The notes beneath the pieces are model-generated. The model was not told where the DNA came from and made no database searches. It worked only from the letters and a program-made list of their open reading frames with translations. Positions 1-10,598 of a stretch of 64,000 nucleotides of DNA are shown one piece after another. This DNA is from Ostreococcus lucimarinus. Its lineage: Eukaryota. A program made the position numbers and the translations under genes. Where the stretch lies: NCBI GenBank assembly GCA_000092065.1, contig CP000589.1; one strand, given 5' to 3'. Each line of letters begins with the position of its first letter. The first letter of the stretch is position 1.

Positions 1-199
1 ATCCGCTATAGCGGGTACGAGGCTCGAATTCAACCCGGAGTACTTGAATTGGACGGCGCCGCCGATGTAGCTTTTAAAAACAATACCGTGAAATGTGAGT
101 TACAAAGACGAAATGCATTAATACAGAAAGAATTATTTTAGAATACTGCCAGACGCCAGACAAAGCACCGAGTGGTGTGCAGTGGGAACGAGAAGACAT

Positions 200-1510
200 C
201 TACGATGAAATCTCGACCCGTCCCTGTCGTTGCAAGCGCCGAATGGCGCCATTTGAGACCACTGATCGAACGGCTTTGGTCGCCGACGCGGCGACCGCGG
301 GAAGTGTGAGTGAGGATGGAGACACTCGAAGTCCGATTTTCAACGGCGACGAGTCCTCAACCGACTTCGCGCGCGTCAACTTGGCACCTCTCGGCATTGG
401 TAGTTTCCATCTCGTGCGTAAAAGTTGCGCCTCGACGCCTTTGGCGATACTTTTTGTGACGCTATTTTGTGCATCGAGAGCTAACGACAGCGCCGACCTC
501 CCGGTCTCCACGAGAAATCCTCCGAACGAAAGCACTTCGCGAACGATGGGGACGTTTTCGGAAGTTCCCGCCACGACGCCCGATCCCCACGTCACGAATC
601 GTTTAGCCGGAACAAATGGCATGAAGCGAGTGCCCATGCCGAACATGAGCGTCGCGCTGGCGAATCGCCCCGCCTTGTTCCAATTTTCTACGTTCTCGAC
701 GTCCGTCAAAGCCTTGGTTAACCACAGGTGATGCTCCCAAATTCGTCCCTTATTCTCCTCTAGTCTCTTCATGATGCCGTGCTTCACAAACTTACTGCTC
801 ACCGCGGTTTCTCGCGTCAAGTAGTAGCACAAGTCGTTGAGGTAATGCCGGCAATCGTTCACGTGTAACTCGTACACCATGTCGCGAGCGTCGTTGAAAC
901 CGCGAATATCGTCGAGCGACAAGTGTGTCGTCCCCACGAGATATGCTCCATCGGGTAACGAACGCACTTTGTGATCTCTAATCTCCCCCTGTACGCACGA
1001 CGACTTCCTTCGCGCTCTGTGCCTGCCCACGCGACCTCTCGTCATCGCGTACACCGTTTCCCGCGCGCCTTGTTCGCTCGATCTCAGCGTCTTCCCGCCC
1101 GCCAGCGCCAACCAACGATCGTGCACGTCTCCACCCACCGGTCCGAAATCAAACTGTCGCATCTCACCCGTTTTCAAATCTCTGTACACCAGCATGAAGT
1201 GCGCCACGCCCGCTGTCAACAGCGCCTCTCTCGCGCCTCGCGGCAACGCCGAGAATATCCCCTTCCCCCACTCTTGAAACGGTCGACTCACGCAGTACAC
1301 CTCCGCCTCCTTCGTCCCCGAGCGTTCGCGCGCTTCGAGTTCGTCATCGATCGCCTTATCTTTCTCGCTCGCGAATCCCAACCGCCGCGCCGTCGGTCGT
1401 CGTCGGTCGTCGCTCTTTCCCGAGAGACCCGCGCTCGTCGCGACTTTCCCTCGCCTCGCGCCGGGGAACAGCGGTTCGCGCGTCTCGCGCGTCGGCGACG
1501 CGTGCGTCAT
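200..1510 (-). CDS. hypothetical protein; possible PPPDE/DeSI-like thiol peptidase fold
   Basis: Long minus ORF. The upstream 110 codons are GC-rich low complexity, so I trimmed to the in-frame ATG (MTHASP...). The motif YELHVNDCRHYLNDLCYYL resembles the PPPDE/DUF862 catalytic N-C-N-H-F region. Product call is weak. Confidence 0.45.
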   Translation of the reverse strand: MTHASPTRETREPLFPGARRGKVATSAGLSGKSDDRRRPTARRLGFASEKDKAIDDELEARERSGTKEAEVYCVSRPFQEWGKGIFSALPRGAREALLTAGVAHFMLVYRDLKTGEMRQFDFGPVGGDVHDRWLALAGGKTLRSSEQGARETVYAMTRGRVGRHRARRKSSCVQGEIRDHKVRSLPDGAYLVGTTHLSLDDIRGFNDARDMVYELHVNDCRHYLNDLCYYLTRETAVSSKFVKHGIMKRLEENKGRIWEHHLWLTKALTDVENVENWNKAGRFASATLMFGMGTRFMPFVPAKRFVTWGSGVVAGTSENVPIVREVLSFGGFLVETGRSALSLALDAQNSVTKSIAKGVEAQLLRTRWKLPMPRGAKLTRAKSVEDSSPLKIGLRVSPSSLTLPAVAASATKAVRSVVSNGAIRRLQRQGRVEISS

Positions 1511-1836
1511 GATCGTCGCCTTCCCCGCGCCGGTTTCGCGCGCGGTCGCTCGCGCGTCGTCTCGCGCGCGCGCGCAAGATGCGTTGCGTCGGCTCGATCG
1601 ATCGCTTTCTGCGTCCAGGTCAACGCGCGTCGCGCCTCGGCGTCGCGGTCTTCGCCGCGCGCGCGCGCGGTCTTCGCCGCGCGCGGTCTTCGCCGCCGTC
1701 GCCTCGCCGCGCGTCCGTCGCCGCGCGTCGCGGTCTGCGACGCGCGCGTCGAAAGTTCTCGATGCGCCGCGACTCGTGGCTACGGTGCGATCTAAAATGA
1801 TTATTGATACACTATTGATTCCTAAAGCACAACGTA

Positions 1837-2469
1837 TCACGTCGCCGCGCGTTCGCGGCGGCGACGGTCGACGAGCGCGCGCGCGTCCTCGACGAGCGCG
1901 AAAGCGTCCGATGCGAATGCTTCCAACACCCGGTTCCGTCTGGCGGCTTCGTTCGCCTCTTCGGCGAGGGCGGCGCCTTCGGCCGCGTACTGTCTCAACA
2001 ACCCGTCCGCGTCGTCGCAGCGCCGCCTCAACAGCGCCTCCTCCGTGATCCGCGACGCGTCCTCGCCGCCGACTGGCGTCTCTACGGATTCCTCGCGCGC
2101 GCGCGGGGCGACCGCGCGCTCGAGCGAGCGCAACGCGTCGTCGCGTTCGCGCTCCGCGACGCGCGCTCGCTCTCCGAGCCGTCTCGTCTCAGCCTCGAAA
2201 GCCGCTCGAATCCCCGCCGTCGCGTCGGTGTTCGACGTCGACGTCGACGTCGTCGCGCGTTCGACGCGCGCGCGCAGCTCATCGATCGTTCGCGCGTCCT
2301 CCTCCGACTTTCGCTCGACTTGCTCGAGTCTCGATTTCATCGCGCCTAATTCTGCAGTCGCCGTTTCCGCGTACGCCATCGCCGCCGCCGTCGCGCGTCG
2401 CAGCGCACCGCGCAGACGCGCTATTTCTTCGTCTTTATCGTCGTCGCCGCGCGCCATCGCGCCCGCCAT
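1837..2469 (-). CDS. coiled-coil hypothetical protein
   Basis: Minus ORF rich in E/R/A heptad-like runs (RLEQVERKSEEDARTIDELRARVER). Start trimmed to ATG (MAGAMARG) to avoid overlap with the divergent neighbour. Confidence 0.4.
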   Translation of the reverse strand: MAGAMARGDDDKDEEIARLRGALRRATAAAMAYAETATAELGAMKSRLEQVERKSEEDARTIDELRARVERATTSTSTSNTDATAGIRAAFEAETRRLGERARVAERERDDALRSLERAVAPRAREESVETPVGGEDASRITEEALLRRRCDDADGLLRQYAAEGAALAEEANEAARRNRVLEAFASDAFALVEDARALVDRRRRERAAT

Positions 2470-2676
2470 CGCGCGTCGGTGTGCGGATAGAATTTTCGCG
2501 CCAAAAGCGTTGACATCTTCGCGGTGAACACGCGTCACATCGCGAACGAGATGCCGGGCGGTGCGGAGGACGCCGCGTGCGCCGCGACGCGCGTGCGCGG
2601 TGAACTTAACGCCTCGTGGCCGCGCGGAAGAACGCCCGCGAGCGGGTCGACGCCGCTCGTCGCGCTCGCGAAGAAT

Positions 2677-3975
2677 ATGTCCTCGGTGCTTCAACATTTT
2701 GAAGCGGTGAAGACGACGGATGCCGACGACGAGACGACGCAGGTGGCTTCGCTGCGCGCGTTTAGCGAGCGAGAGGTCGTGGTGGATGTGTACGATCGAT
2801 CGGGCGGGGCGACGCGAGCGGTGCGTGAGAAGTTGGGCGCGGTGGGCGGGACGCGGGTGCGGGAAGCCAGAGACGCGAGCGGCGACGGCGACGTCGGGTT
2901 GGTCGTCGTCGACGGGCAGGAAGAAGAGAGTTTCGAAGCGATCGGCAAAATTTTGAAGCAGTCAGGCGTGGCGTCGACGCGAGTGATCGTGCTCGTGTAT
3001 GGGGCGGCGGTGGGGACATTGGAGGAGGCGCGAGCGCGAGCGGCGCGAGAGACGCGAGCGCCGATTGAAAACGTCTTTGCGACGTTTGGGATTTTAGACG
3101 AGTCGACGAGCGAGCGGTTGGATTCGTTGTTGAAGAATCCTCCGCTAAGATCGACGTTGGAGACGTCCGCTGAAGTGAGAGTGTCTGTGCCAGAACCGGT
3201 GTCGGCGTTCGCCTTGGACGACGAAGACGAAGACGAAGACGAAGGTTTGACTTCGATCGCGTTGTCGGACGCGAAGGTCGAGCGTGAAGAATGGGAAACG
3301 ATCGTTCGTGAACACGCGGAGCGATGCTTCGAAGATGCCGTCGACGCCACTATGGAGCAGACGCGACAGTTTTGCTTGCGACGCGCGGAAAAGTTGGCTT
3401 TGCAGTACGAACCGCTGCGTAGTTCTTTATATCAACGGATTAGAGGCGAGCGTTCGAAGACAAAAATCGTGGAGCCGTCGATACAGGCTCGCGTGGCGCC
3501 GCCATCGCAATACGTCGAAGAAATGACGACGACACGTCCGTATAAATTGAATTCCGCGGCGTCGCAACCACTCGGTATCGATATGATCAAGCTTCAATCA
3601 GTGGCGATTTCTGGTGTCGAGCAAGGCGCCGTCGTTGCGTCGCAGGCGGCTGAAAAGGTTGGCTCGTTCCTCAACTGGATCGTAAGCGAGAATGAAGAGA
3701 GCGAGGACGAGCGTAGACGACGAGTTGAGCACGAGCGCGTCTGGCACGAAAGGCGCCAAAAGTTGTGGGATGCCGAGCGCGCGCAACGTGTGGAGACGCA
3801 AAACCGAGGCAAACACTCACCGACGGCGTCCTTCGTCGAAACGACGTCCAAGCTCGTAGACATCATAGACGGTTCGCTTGGCGGCGAATCTCAGCTCGAT
3901 CAAGCCAACGCGAGGATTCGCGCGCTCGAGGCTGCCCTCGCGCGATACGACCCGTCGCACGAGCTGTTGCGCTAA
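2677..3975 (+). CDS. acidic hypothetical protein
   Basis: Plus ORF 2524..3975 trimmed to ATG at 2677 (MSSVLQHFEAV). It has an acidic DEDEDEDE stretch and a C-terminal coiled coil. No recognisable domain. Confidence 0.45.
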   Translation: MSSVLQHFEAVKTTDADDETTQVASLRAFSEREVVVDVYDRSGGATRAVREKLGAVGGTRVREARDASGDGDVGLVVVDGQEEESFEAIGKILKQSGVASTRVIVLVYGAAVGTLEEARARAARETRAPIENVFATFGILDESTSERLDSLLKNPPLRSTLETSAEVRVSVPEPVSAFALDDEDEDEDEGLTSIALSDAKVEREEWETIVREHAERCFEDAVDATMEQTRQFCLRRAEKLALQYEPLRSSLYQRIRGERSKTKIVEPSIQARVAPPSQYVEEMTTTRPYKLNSAASQPLGIDMIKLQSVAISGVEQGAVVASQAAEKVGSFLNWIVSENEESEDERRRRVEHERVWHERRQKLWDAERAQRVETQNRGKHSPTASFVETTSKLVDIIDGSLGGESQLDQANARIRALEAALARYDPSHELLR

Positions 3976-4011
3976 ACTAGTATTTGTATTTAACATCCGC
4001 CCGCTTTGCTA

Positions 4012-4683
4012 CTACGTGTCGTCATCCATCAACGCCCGCACCGCCTTCAACTCGCTCAACAACACGCGAAACTTCTCCTCACTCATCTCCATATCCAAGC
4101 GTCCATCATCTACCGTATCCAACGTCAATCGCACCCCCAAGCTGTCTCCCGGCGCTCGATTCTCGTCATCGCCGTCGCTGCTTCCAAACGTCACTCCCCA
4201 CCCTAAATCCCTCAGCCCATTCACTCGCACCGTGGCTCCGAGCGCGGCTCGCCGTAACCCATCTCTGTCTTTCCCATACGACTTACACATCGCCTCGGCG
4301 TGCTCTTTCGGCAATCCAAGCTGCTCGAGCTCCCGACCCAGCGTCGTTTCGTCGACGTCGAAGCGCGTGGCGTTCGCGATCGCGTATTCCAACGCTGCCA
4401 CCACCGCTTCCGCGTCCTCGGGCGTGATGGCGTCGTCGACAACTTTGCGGAACTTGGAGTAATCGACCTGCACGCGCGGCGTCTCCGCGGGTGCCGTCGC
4501 GTCGTTGTCGTCGGTCGATTTCAATGTCCCGAACGGTTGCGCATTCGACGCCGCTGACGCGCGAACGGCGACCAAGTGCGAGCACAACAGGCGGACGCGC
4601 ACGCTGGAAAGCTTGGAGACGGTGAAGATCTCGGCGAGGAACCAATCTGGGGCGTCGCGGTCGCCGAAGATTTTAAACTTCAT
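4012..4683 (-). CDS. COMM domain-containing protein (COMMD-like)
   Basis: 223-aa ORF. The C-terminal ~70 aa (LGWGVTFGSSDG...LGVRLTLDT...MEMSEEKFRVLLSELKAVRALM) matches the COMM-domain beta-sheet/helix pattern. ATG start verified. Confidence 0.5.
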   Translation of the reverse strand: MKFKIFGDRDAPDWFLAEIFTVSKLSSVRVRLLCSHLVAVRASAASNAQPFGTLKSTDDNDATAPAETPRVQVDYSKFRKVVDDAITPEDAEAVVAALEYAIANATRFDVDETTLGRELEQLGLPKEHAEAMCKSYGKDRDGLRRAALGATVRVNGLRDLGWGVTFGSSDGDDENRAPGDSLGVRLTLDTVDDGRLDMEMSEEKFRVLLSELKAVRALMDDDT

Positions 4684-4727
4684 CGCGCCGACGAATGCGG
4701 GCGAGCGACGCGACGTTCACTACAAAG

Positions 4728-5903
4728 TTATGCTAATTTACCTTTTGAATCCTTCGAATCGACGTCGCCGATGGATTCTAAAATCTCACGCGTCTTTTCG
4801 AGCAAATCGTACATGTTCTCGCCCGCGTCCGCGCGGCGCGCGCGCTTGGGACCGATGACGTCGAGCGCGGCGTAGGCGAGCGTCGGGAAGAAACGCACGC
4901 AATACGTCAACGCCATGATGGGCTGTGGCGCCAAGACGAGCTCGTCGACGTCGGCGAGCGCAGAGCGTACGATGCGCGCGGCGACGTAATCGACGTTCAT
5001 GCGACCTTTCGTGGACGGCGGTCGCGCGGCCGTTCGCGAAATTGCCGTTTTTGACGCGCTCGGCGACGGCGTGGAATCCGCCATATTCTTGCGAAATATG
5101 ACGCGCTCTTGGCCGTTCATCCCCGTCGCGATCGGACCTGGGTACACACACACCACCTTCACGCCCGTGTTCGCGATTTCAGAGCGCAACGAGTTTAAAA
5201 ACGCAGCATACGCCGATTTCGCCGCGGCGTACACGGACTGGCCCGGCGCCGGAACTTTGCTCGCGACGCTACACACGCCGACAATCTTCGGCGCGATCGA
5301 GCCCGCCTTTCGCCGACGCGCCGCGGCGACCATTCGCTTCGCGACTTCCTTCGTCAGAGAAATCGCCCCGATCGCGTTTAATTGAAACAACGCCTTGTCC
5401 ACGTCTTCGTCGTCGCCCGCCAAAGCGCTGCACGCCTGCGACCCGCCCGCGGCGTTCACGAACACATCCACCGTCCCACCCGCCGCCTCGAACGCCCTCT
5501 CGCACGCTTCGCTCAGCTCGCTCCGCGTTCCGCACACGTCAAACACCACGCATTTCGCGCTCGCCGCTCCCAACCGCGCGCACTCCTCCGCGACTTCCGC
5601 GCACCGCTCGGCGCGTCGTCCCGACACCACCACCCTCGCCCCGAGTCTCGCGCACGCGCGCGCCGTCGCCTCTCCGAGCCCCTGCGACGCCCCCGTGATC
5701 CACACCGCGCGTCCTCGAAGCGCGCGCGCCGGTCCCCGTCGCGCCGTCGCCCGCGCGACGACCGCGCGCGCCAGCCACGCGAGCGCGAGCGCGAGCGCGA
5801 GCGCGACGCGACGCCGCGCGCGCGCGAGCGCGACGACCGCGACGACGGGCGCGAGCTCGCGCGCGATCGCCGCGCGACGTCCAGCGCGCGCGAACGCCGA
5901 CAT
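4728..5903 (-). CDS. short-chain dehydrogenase/reductase (SDR) with N-terminal hydrophobic anchor
   Basis: TGASQGLGEATA Rossmann glycine motif, YAAAKSAY catalytic Y-x3-K, N-terminal Ala/Leu-rich TM segment. ATG verified at 5903. Confidence 0.8.
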   Translation of the reverse strand: MSAFARAGRRAAIARELAPVVAVVALARARRRVALALALALAWLARAVVARATARRGPARALRGRAVWITGASQGLGEATARACARLGARVVVSGRRAERCAEVAEECARLGAASAKCVVFDVCGTRSELSEACERAFEAAGGTVDVFVNAAGGSQACSALAGDDEDVDKALFQLNAIGAISLTKEVAKRMVAAARRRKAGSIAPKIVGVCSVASKVPAPGQSVYAAAKSAYAAFLNSLRSEIANTGVKVVCVYPGPIATGMNGQERVIFRKNMADSTPSPSASKTAISRTAARPPSTKGRMNVDYVAARIVRSALADVDELVLAPQPIMALTYCVRFFPTLAYAALDVIGPKRARRADAGENMYDLLEKTREILESIGDVDSKDSKGKLA

Positions 5904-6046
5904 CCCGCGTCGCGCGGTGCGGCTGGTCGGCGCGCGCGCGGCGAACGCGAGAGGCGAGAGGCGAAGCCGCGCGCGGTCGTTCGTGAGATTACGATCACAA
6001 GCCGTCGGACGACGAACGCGACGCGCGCGATGAAGATCGATCGCGC

Positions 6047-7129
6047 TTAATCGAGCTTAAAACCGGGGATCGGGGCGTACAAGAAGGGCTCGCGGGCGAG
6101 CGGCATGCCGAGGAGCGCGAAGACGCCGCCGGCGGCGGCGCCGACGAGAATGATCGTGACGCCCCATTGCACGCCCTTGCGCACGAATTGAGCGACGACC
6201 TCGGGATCGTTTTCGTTGGCGGTCGCGTTCGTCGTCGTGAGCTGACGCCGGACGTCGATACCGAGAAGCTTGCGCTCGGCGGCTCTCGCCGTTTGCTCGC
6301 TCGCTCGACTCGTCAACGCCAGGGCGTTAAATTCGATACCCTTCTCGGCGCGCATCGCGCGCAACACTCTAGCCACGCTCGCTCGCGTTTCGACGACGGC
6401 CCATTTTGCGATTTCGCTCTTCGAGCCAAACTTCTTCGACGCGTACGTCGCCCCCTCCAACGCGACGTACGCGAATTCCGCGCCGTCGCCGCCCTCGAGC
6501 GCGAACGCCCGCGCCCCCTCCTCGAAACACCGCAACTCTCGCTCGACGTACCCTTTCGCCCGACCGAGCGCATCGACGTCGCTCTTCTTCAAAACTTTCA
6601 AGTCGTCGCTCCCGAAGCACGCCTCACGATCGAACAACGCCTTCGTCTTCGCGCGTTCGCACCCGTCGCCTTCGCCGTCGGCGATCGCCTTCGCCGCGTT
6701 CGACAATCCCACCGCACCTTCGACCCGCACCTCCCGCCGCGTCACCCCTGGCACGTCCCAAACATCTGCACCGCCATCCGCCACGATCGCGTCGTGCGCG
6801 AACGTCAAGAACCTTCCCTTTCTCGTCCCCGCGCCGTCGCTCGAGCGTCGCGCCGCGAACCAAATCTTCTCCTCGTCCACCGTCGCCCGCACGACGTCGT
6901 CGCGCGCCGAGACGCCCTCCGCGACGAGTCCGAGCGACGCGCGCGCGATGACGGCGAGCTCATCGAGCGTGATCGCGCGCTTCATCGCGTCGTCGCCCGT
7001 CGAGAGCCATCCATCGGTCGTGGCGTCGAAAAACGTCCCGGCGGTCTCGCGCGTCGCGCGCGCGACGTCGCAGCGCGCGACGAGCGCGACGAGCGCGATC
7101 AGCGTCGCGGCGACGCGCGCGCGAGGCAT
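6047..7129 (-). CDS. secreted/type-I membrane hypothetical protein
   Basis: The in-frame ATG gives MPRARVAATLIALVALVARCDVARA, a signal-peptide-like N-terminus. A C-terminal TM helix (WGVTIILVGAAAGGVFALLG) follows. The upstream 7130..8170 part of the ORF-track entry is antisense to the Vps18-like gene and judged spurious. Confidence 0.5.
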   Translation of the reverse strand: MPRARVAATLIALVALVARCDVARATRETAGTFFDATTDGWLSTGDDAMKRAITLDELAVIARASLGLVAEGVSARDDVVRATVDEEKIWFAARRSSDGAGTRKGRFLTFAHDAIVADGGADVWDVPGVTRREVRVEGAVGLSNAAKAIADGEGDGCERAKTKALFDREACFGSDDLKVLKKSDVDALGRAKGYVERELRCFEEGARAFALEGGDGAEFAYVALEGATYASKKFGSKSEIAKWAVVETRASVARVLRAMRAEKGIEFNALALTSRASEQTARAAERKLLGIDVRRQLTTTNATANENDPEVVAQFVRKGVQWGVTIILVGAAAGGVFALLGMPLAREPFLYAPIPGFKLD

Positions 7130-7217
7130 GGCGACGTTCGACCGACGCGCGCGCGCGGCGTCGCGGTTTGACGATAGATTCCGCGATTCACGACACTCAT
7201 CCGCGCGCGGTCGCGCG

Positions 7218-10200
7218 ATGTCGCGTCCGTTACCCGCGGGTGCGGCGCTGTTGGACGATCCAAACGCCAGGGCGTCGTTCGACGCGTTCGCGCGCCGCGA
7301 CGGGGTCGCGCGCGATGAAGAAACAGACGAAAACGCGCGCGATGTTGATTTGGATGCATCGGCGTCGCGGCCGAAATTCGCGGCGCTGAACGTCGGCGCG
7401 ACGTTGATGACGCCCGGAGTGGAGTCGGATGATGTGGACGATCGCTTAAAGGCGTTCGTGTTGGGTGGGGGTTCGAACGGGCGCGCAGTCGTGAGCGACG
7501 GCGGCGGCGGCGCGTTCGTCGGGCGGTTGGGCGACGGCGCGCGCGACGGCGTCGATGACGACGCGATCGCGCGGAAGATCTCGAGCGAAAACGCGGAAAC
7601 GTCGACGAGCTTGATCGTCGTGGACGATTGGTGCGGCGAACACTGCGTGATCGGGGTGATGGGTCGAGGCGACGGCGCCGGGGACGGGGCGCGATATTGG
7701 CGGCGAGGTTGGGCGGCGGCGCGGCCGCTCGCGGGTTTGCGTGGCGTGCACTGCACGTGCGCGACGTTCGTCAAGGGGAAAGACGGCGACAACGATGGGG
7801 CAAGGATCCTCTTGGGCTCGAGCGATGGGCGCGTGTTCGACGTGCGCGTGGACGCAGCGGACACGCGACGGTTTGAAAAATCGTGCGAAGTGGCGTTAGA
7901 GTTGCGAGACGGGAAAGCCATCACGGGAGTGTGCGCGACGAAAGATCGCGCGAGCGATGGTAGTGAAAGGTTCGGGGCACTGATTACGACGCCGTCGAAA
8001 TTGTACGCGTTCGTGGGGTCGTATTCATTAGAGTCCGTGCTCGCCATGGCACGCGCCCGACCGAGCGGTTTCGAGGCGGCGGTTGAGATGCCCGTGGAGA
8101 GCGATAGGAGTAAGCTGTGCGTGTGGCGAAAGCGGCGATCATCAACGCCTGATCGCATGGCGTGGCTCACCGGGGCTGGGGTTTATCGCGGGAAGCTGAA
8201 TTTCAAAGTCGACGACGCTTCAAGCGTGTTGGAGCAACACGGCGCGCTCCCCTTTCCAAAACTAGAAGACGACGAATCGGGGAACGACGCCCCGATTTCG
8301 CTTGCGATGACGGAGCATCACATTTTATTGCTATACTCGACGCGTTTGGTGGCCATGAATTCAATCACGGGAGATGTGGAAGGGACGATTAAACTACCCC
8401 TAGGTGGCGCGTCGACATTCGCTTTCACCGATCCTGCGACGTCTGTTCCGTACGCGGCGAACGCAGAGAATTTGCTACAAATCGTCGTTACAAACGAAGA
8501 TGCAAACATGTGGCGAGTGTACTGCGACCAAAATGATTACGACCAAGCGATTACGGCGTGCAAGTCTGATTTACAGCGGCAGTTCGTGTACACTGCTCGA
8601 GCAGAACGCGCGTTGAAATTGAAACGCTTCGACGAAGCCGCGACGGCGTTTGCCAACGCCGGCATCGCGCACGCAATCGAAACGATCGCAAAAACGTTCG
8701 TTGACTTGAACGCAAAAGACGCACTGTATGCGTACATGGAAGGGCGGTTACGCGGCTTACCGCAAGACGATGCGGCACGACGTTTGATCATCGCCATGTG
8801 GTTGCTTGAGGAGTACGTCAAGATTGCGAGCTTCTCTCGCAACGAGGCGAACGACTTCAAGGTTCGAGAGTTTTTGCGAGAAAATTTCGAGAGCCTGGAC
8901 GAACGGGAAGCGTTGCGAATTTTAAGCGAAGCTGGTCGTATCGATGACGAAATTTACTTTGCCGAACTGTGCGGTGATTACGACAGGGTATTGGATCATT
9001 TCATGCAAATCGGCGACGCGAGAAAAACTTTAGAAATCGCGGCTTCGCCTAAAGTACCGCGTTCAACGTTGAATCGAGTGTTGCCGACACTCATTAAGGC
9101 ACTGCCAAAAGACTCGATCGATTTCATGCTATCACGCCCGAAGACGGATGACGATGTGAAAATTATAGAGGCTTTGGCTCGCGACGATGCGTCCTACGCG
9201 GCGTCAGAGACGAGTGAATCGCTGGCTGCATACTTGACGAGATATTTAGAGTCCATCACGGCGAAACCGGACGGCGCAGCTCGCGGCGACGCCACGGTGC
9301 ACGATCTTCTGCTCGATGTGTACATCAAACAGCTAGAATCCTCACCCACCGTGGTGGCAACGTTGAACAAGTACATACTCGACGCCGTGGATGAAAGCAC
9401 TAATGCGCCGTACTACGACGTACATTATGCGATTCGTATGTGCGAAAAACATGGCGCACATCGAAGCGCTGTGTACGCATACTGTGTATCTCGGGATTTT
9501 GACATGGCCATGCACGTCGCGTTGACGACGCTTCAAGATGTGGAGTTGGCAAAAACCGTGACGAAAAAAGCCGCCGAGTCGAAATCAGATGATCCAAACG
9601 AAGACGAAATCACGCAGAAAAAACTGTGGATTGAGATTGCAAAGTGGTCGATTCGCAAGTCTGGTGCACTGGACAAGGCAATGGCATCGATGGACGAAGA
9701 CGAAAAGCGCACCGCGATTCGCAGCGCGCTGAGCTTTTTGAATGAAACCAACGGCGCGTTGCGTGTGGAGGACATTCTTCCTCTCCTTCCCGACTTCACC
9801 ATCATCGACGACGTGAAGGACTTGGTGCTGCAGTCTCTCACAGAGCATCGAACGGAGATCGAACAATTGAAAGAAGGCCTAGAAGAGATCACCGCCTTCA
9901 CGCAAGACGTCCAGGACGATATCGAGGAGATGGAACAGAAAACCATCGTCATCTCCAAGGATACGAAGTGCTTTGAATGCGGCAAGCCTGTGGTGCGTTT
10001 GCGTCTGATGGAGACGGCGGATGATCCAAACTTACTCGCCCCTTTCTATGTCTTTCCGTGCGAGATGGCGTATCACACTGAGTGCCTACTCCGACGCACG
10101 CTACCTCTCATGCTCATCGATCAACGCAAACGAGCGTTGGCGCTCATGCGTGCGCTCAAGGTGCCGCTCCCGCGACGGCTCAAGCCCGAGACAAAGTTTT

Positions 10201-10514
10201 GGGGCGCGCCGCCGAAATCTGCCACCGGTCTCACCACCGCCGAAGCCGTGAGTGAGCTCGAAGACATCTTATGCGCAGACTGCCCAGATTGTGGCGCGCA
10301 CGATTTACGTCTCATAAACCTCCCAATCTTGACACCAGAAGAGGAAGCCTTGGACGAGGAACTCGTGCGTTTGCTCCCGCCCGAGTGGTTCGAGCCCATG
10401 CACGCAGCCATCAACATGAACGACCCCGCGGAGACGTACCTGACCATGGAAGATTTCAAAAAAATAGATCTCGGCGAGGGATGGCCCGATCACGACTTCT
10501 TCCGCACGTTTTAG
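7218..10514 (+). CDS. VPS18: class C Vps (HOPS/CORVET) subunit, Vps18/Pep3-like, with C-terminal RING-H2 zinc finger
   Basis: ORF 6270..10514 trimmed to in-frame ATG at 7218. It carries beta-propeller/clathrin-heavy-chain-repeat-like central regions and a C-terminal C-x2-C...C-x-H-x2-C RING (KCFECGKPVV...FPCEMAYHTEC), as in Vps18/deep-orange. Confidence 0.7.
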   Translation: MSRPLPAGAALLDDPNARASFDAFARRDGVARDEETDENARDVDLDASASRPKFAALNVGATLMTPGVESDDVDDRLKAFVLGGGSNGRAVVSDGGGGAFVGRLGDGARDGVDDDAIARKISSENAETSTSLIVVDDWCGEHCVIGVMGRGDGAGDGARYWRRGWAAARPLAGLRGVHCTCATFVKGKDGDNDGARILLGSSDGRVFDVRVDAADTRRFEKSCEVALELRDGKAITGVCATKDRASDGSERFGALITTPSKLYAFVGSYSLESVLAMARARPSGFEAAVEMPVESDRSKLCVWRKRRSSTPDRMAWLTGAGVYRGKLNFKVDDASSVLEQHGALPFPKLEDDESGNDAPISLAMTEHHILLLYSTRLVAMNSITGDVEGTIKLPLGGASTFAFTDPATSVPYAANAENLLQIVVTNEDANMWRVYCDQNDYDQAITACKSDLQRQFVYTARAERALKLKRFDEAATAFANAGIAHAIETIAKTFVDLNAKDALYAYMEGRLRGLPQDDAARRLIIAMWLLEEYVKIASFSRNEANDFKVREFLRENFESLDEREALRILSEAGRIDDEIYFAELCGDYDRVLDHFMQIGDARKTLEIAASPKVPRSTLNRVLPTLIKALPKDSIDFMLSRPKTDDDVKIIEALARDDASYAASETSESLAAYLTRYLESITAKPDGAARGDATVHDLLLDVYIKQLESSPTVVATLNKYILDAVDESTNAPYYDVHYAIRMCEKHGAHRSAVYAYCVSRDFDMAMHVALTTLQDVELAKTVTKKAAESKSDDPNEDEITQKKLWIEIAKWSIRKSGALDKAMASMDEDEKRTAIRSALSFLNETNGALRVEDILPLLPDFTIIDDVKDLVLQSLTEHRTEIEQLKEGLEEITAFTQDVQDDIEEMEQKTIVISKDTKCFECGKPVVRLRLMETADDPNLLAPFYVFPCEMAYHTECLLRRTLPLMLIDQRKRALALMRALKVPLPRRLKPETKFWGAPPKSATGLTTAEAVSELEDILCADCPDCGAHDLRLINLPILTPEEEALDEELVRLLPPEWFEPMHAAINMNDPAETYLTMEDFKKIDLGEGWPDHDFFRTF

Positions 10515-10598
10515 AATTTTAGACATCCATGTTGAAATCGACGGAGCCGTCGCTTATCCACAGCCCGTGCGCGCGCAGAGTCTCCACAGCGCGACGTG

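Noticed and set aside
971-2048. Plus ORFs 971..1795 and 1509..2048 antisense to the first two minus-strand genes
   Set aside because: Arg-rich low-complexity translations lying entirely inside better-supported minus-strand ORFs.
5382-6050. Plus ORFs (222 and 212 aa) antisense to the SDR gene
   Set aside because: The SDR reading on the minus strand has unambiguous TGxxxGxG and YxxxK motifs. The plus-strand translations are poly-Arg/Ala.
7470-7492. tRNA T-arm-like GGTTCGAAC / GGTTCGATTC strings (7478-7490, 18316-18326, 33367-33378)
   Set aside because: Each lies inside a conserved protein-coding region. None has an acceptor-stem complement, D-arm or anticodon-arm context, so no tRNA gene is supported.
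7130-8170. Upstream two-thirds of the 707-aa minus ORF 6047..8170, overlapping the start of the Vps18-like gene
   Set aside because: Pro/Ser/Ala/Arg low-complexity translation, antisense to a well-conserved gene. The downstream part starts with a clean signal peptide at the ATG at 7129. High GC suppresses stop codons on all frames.
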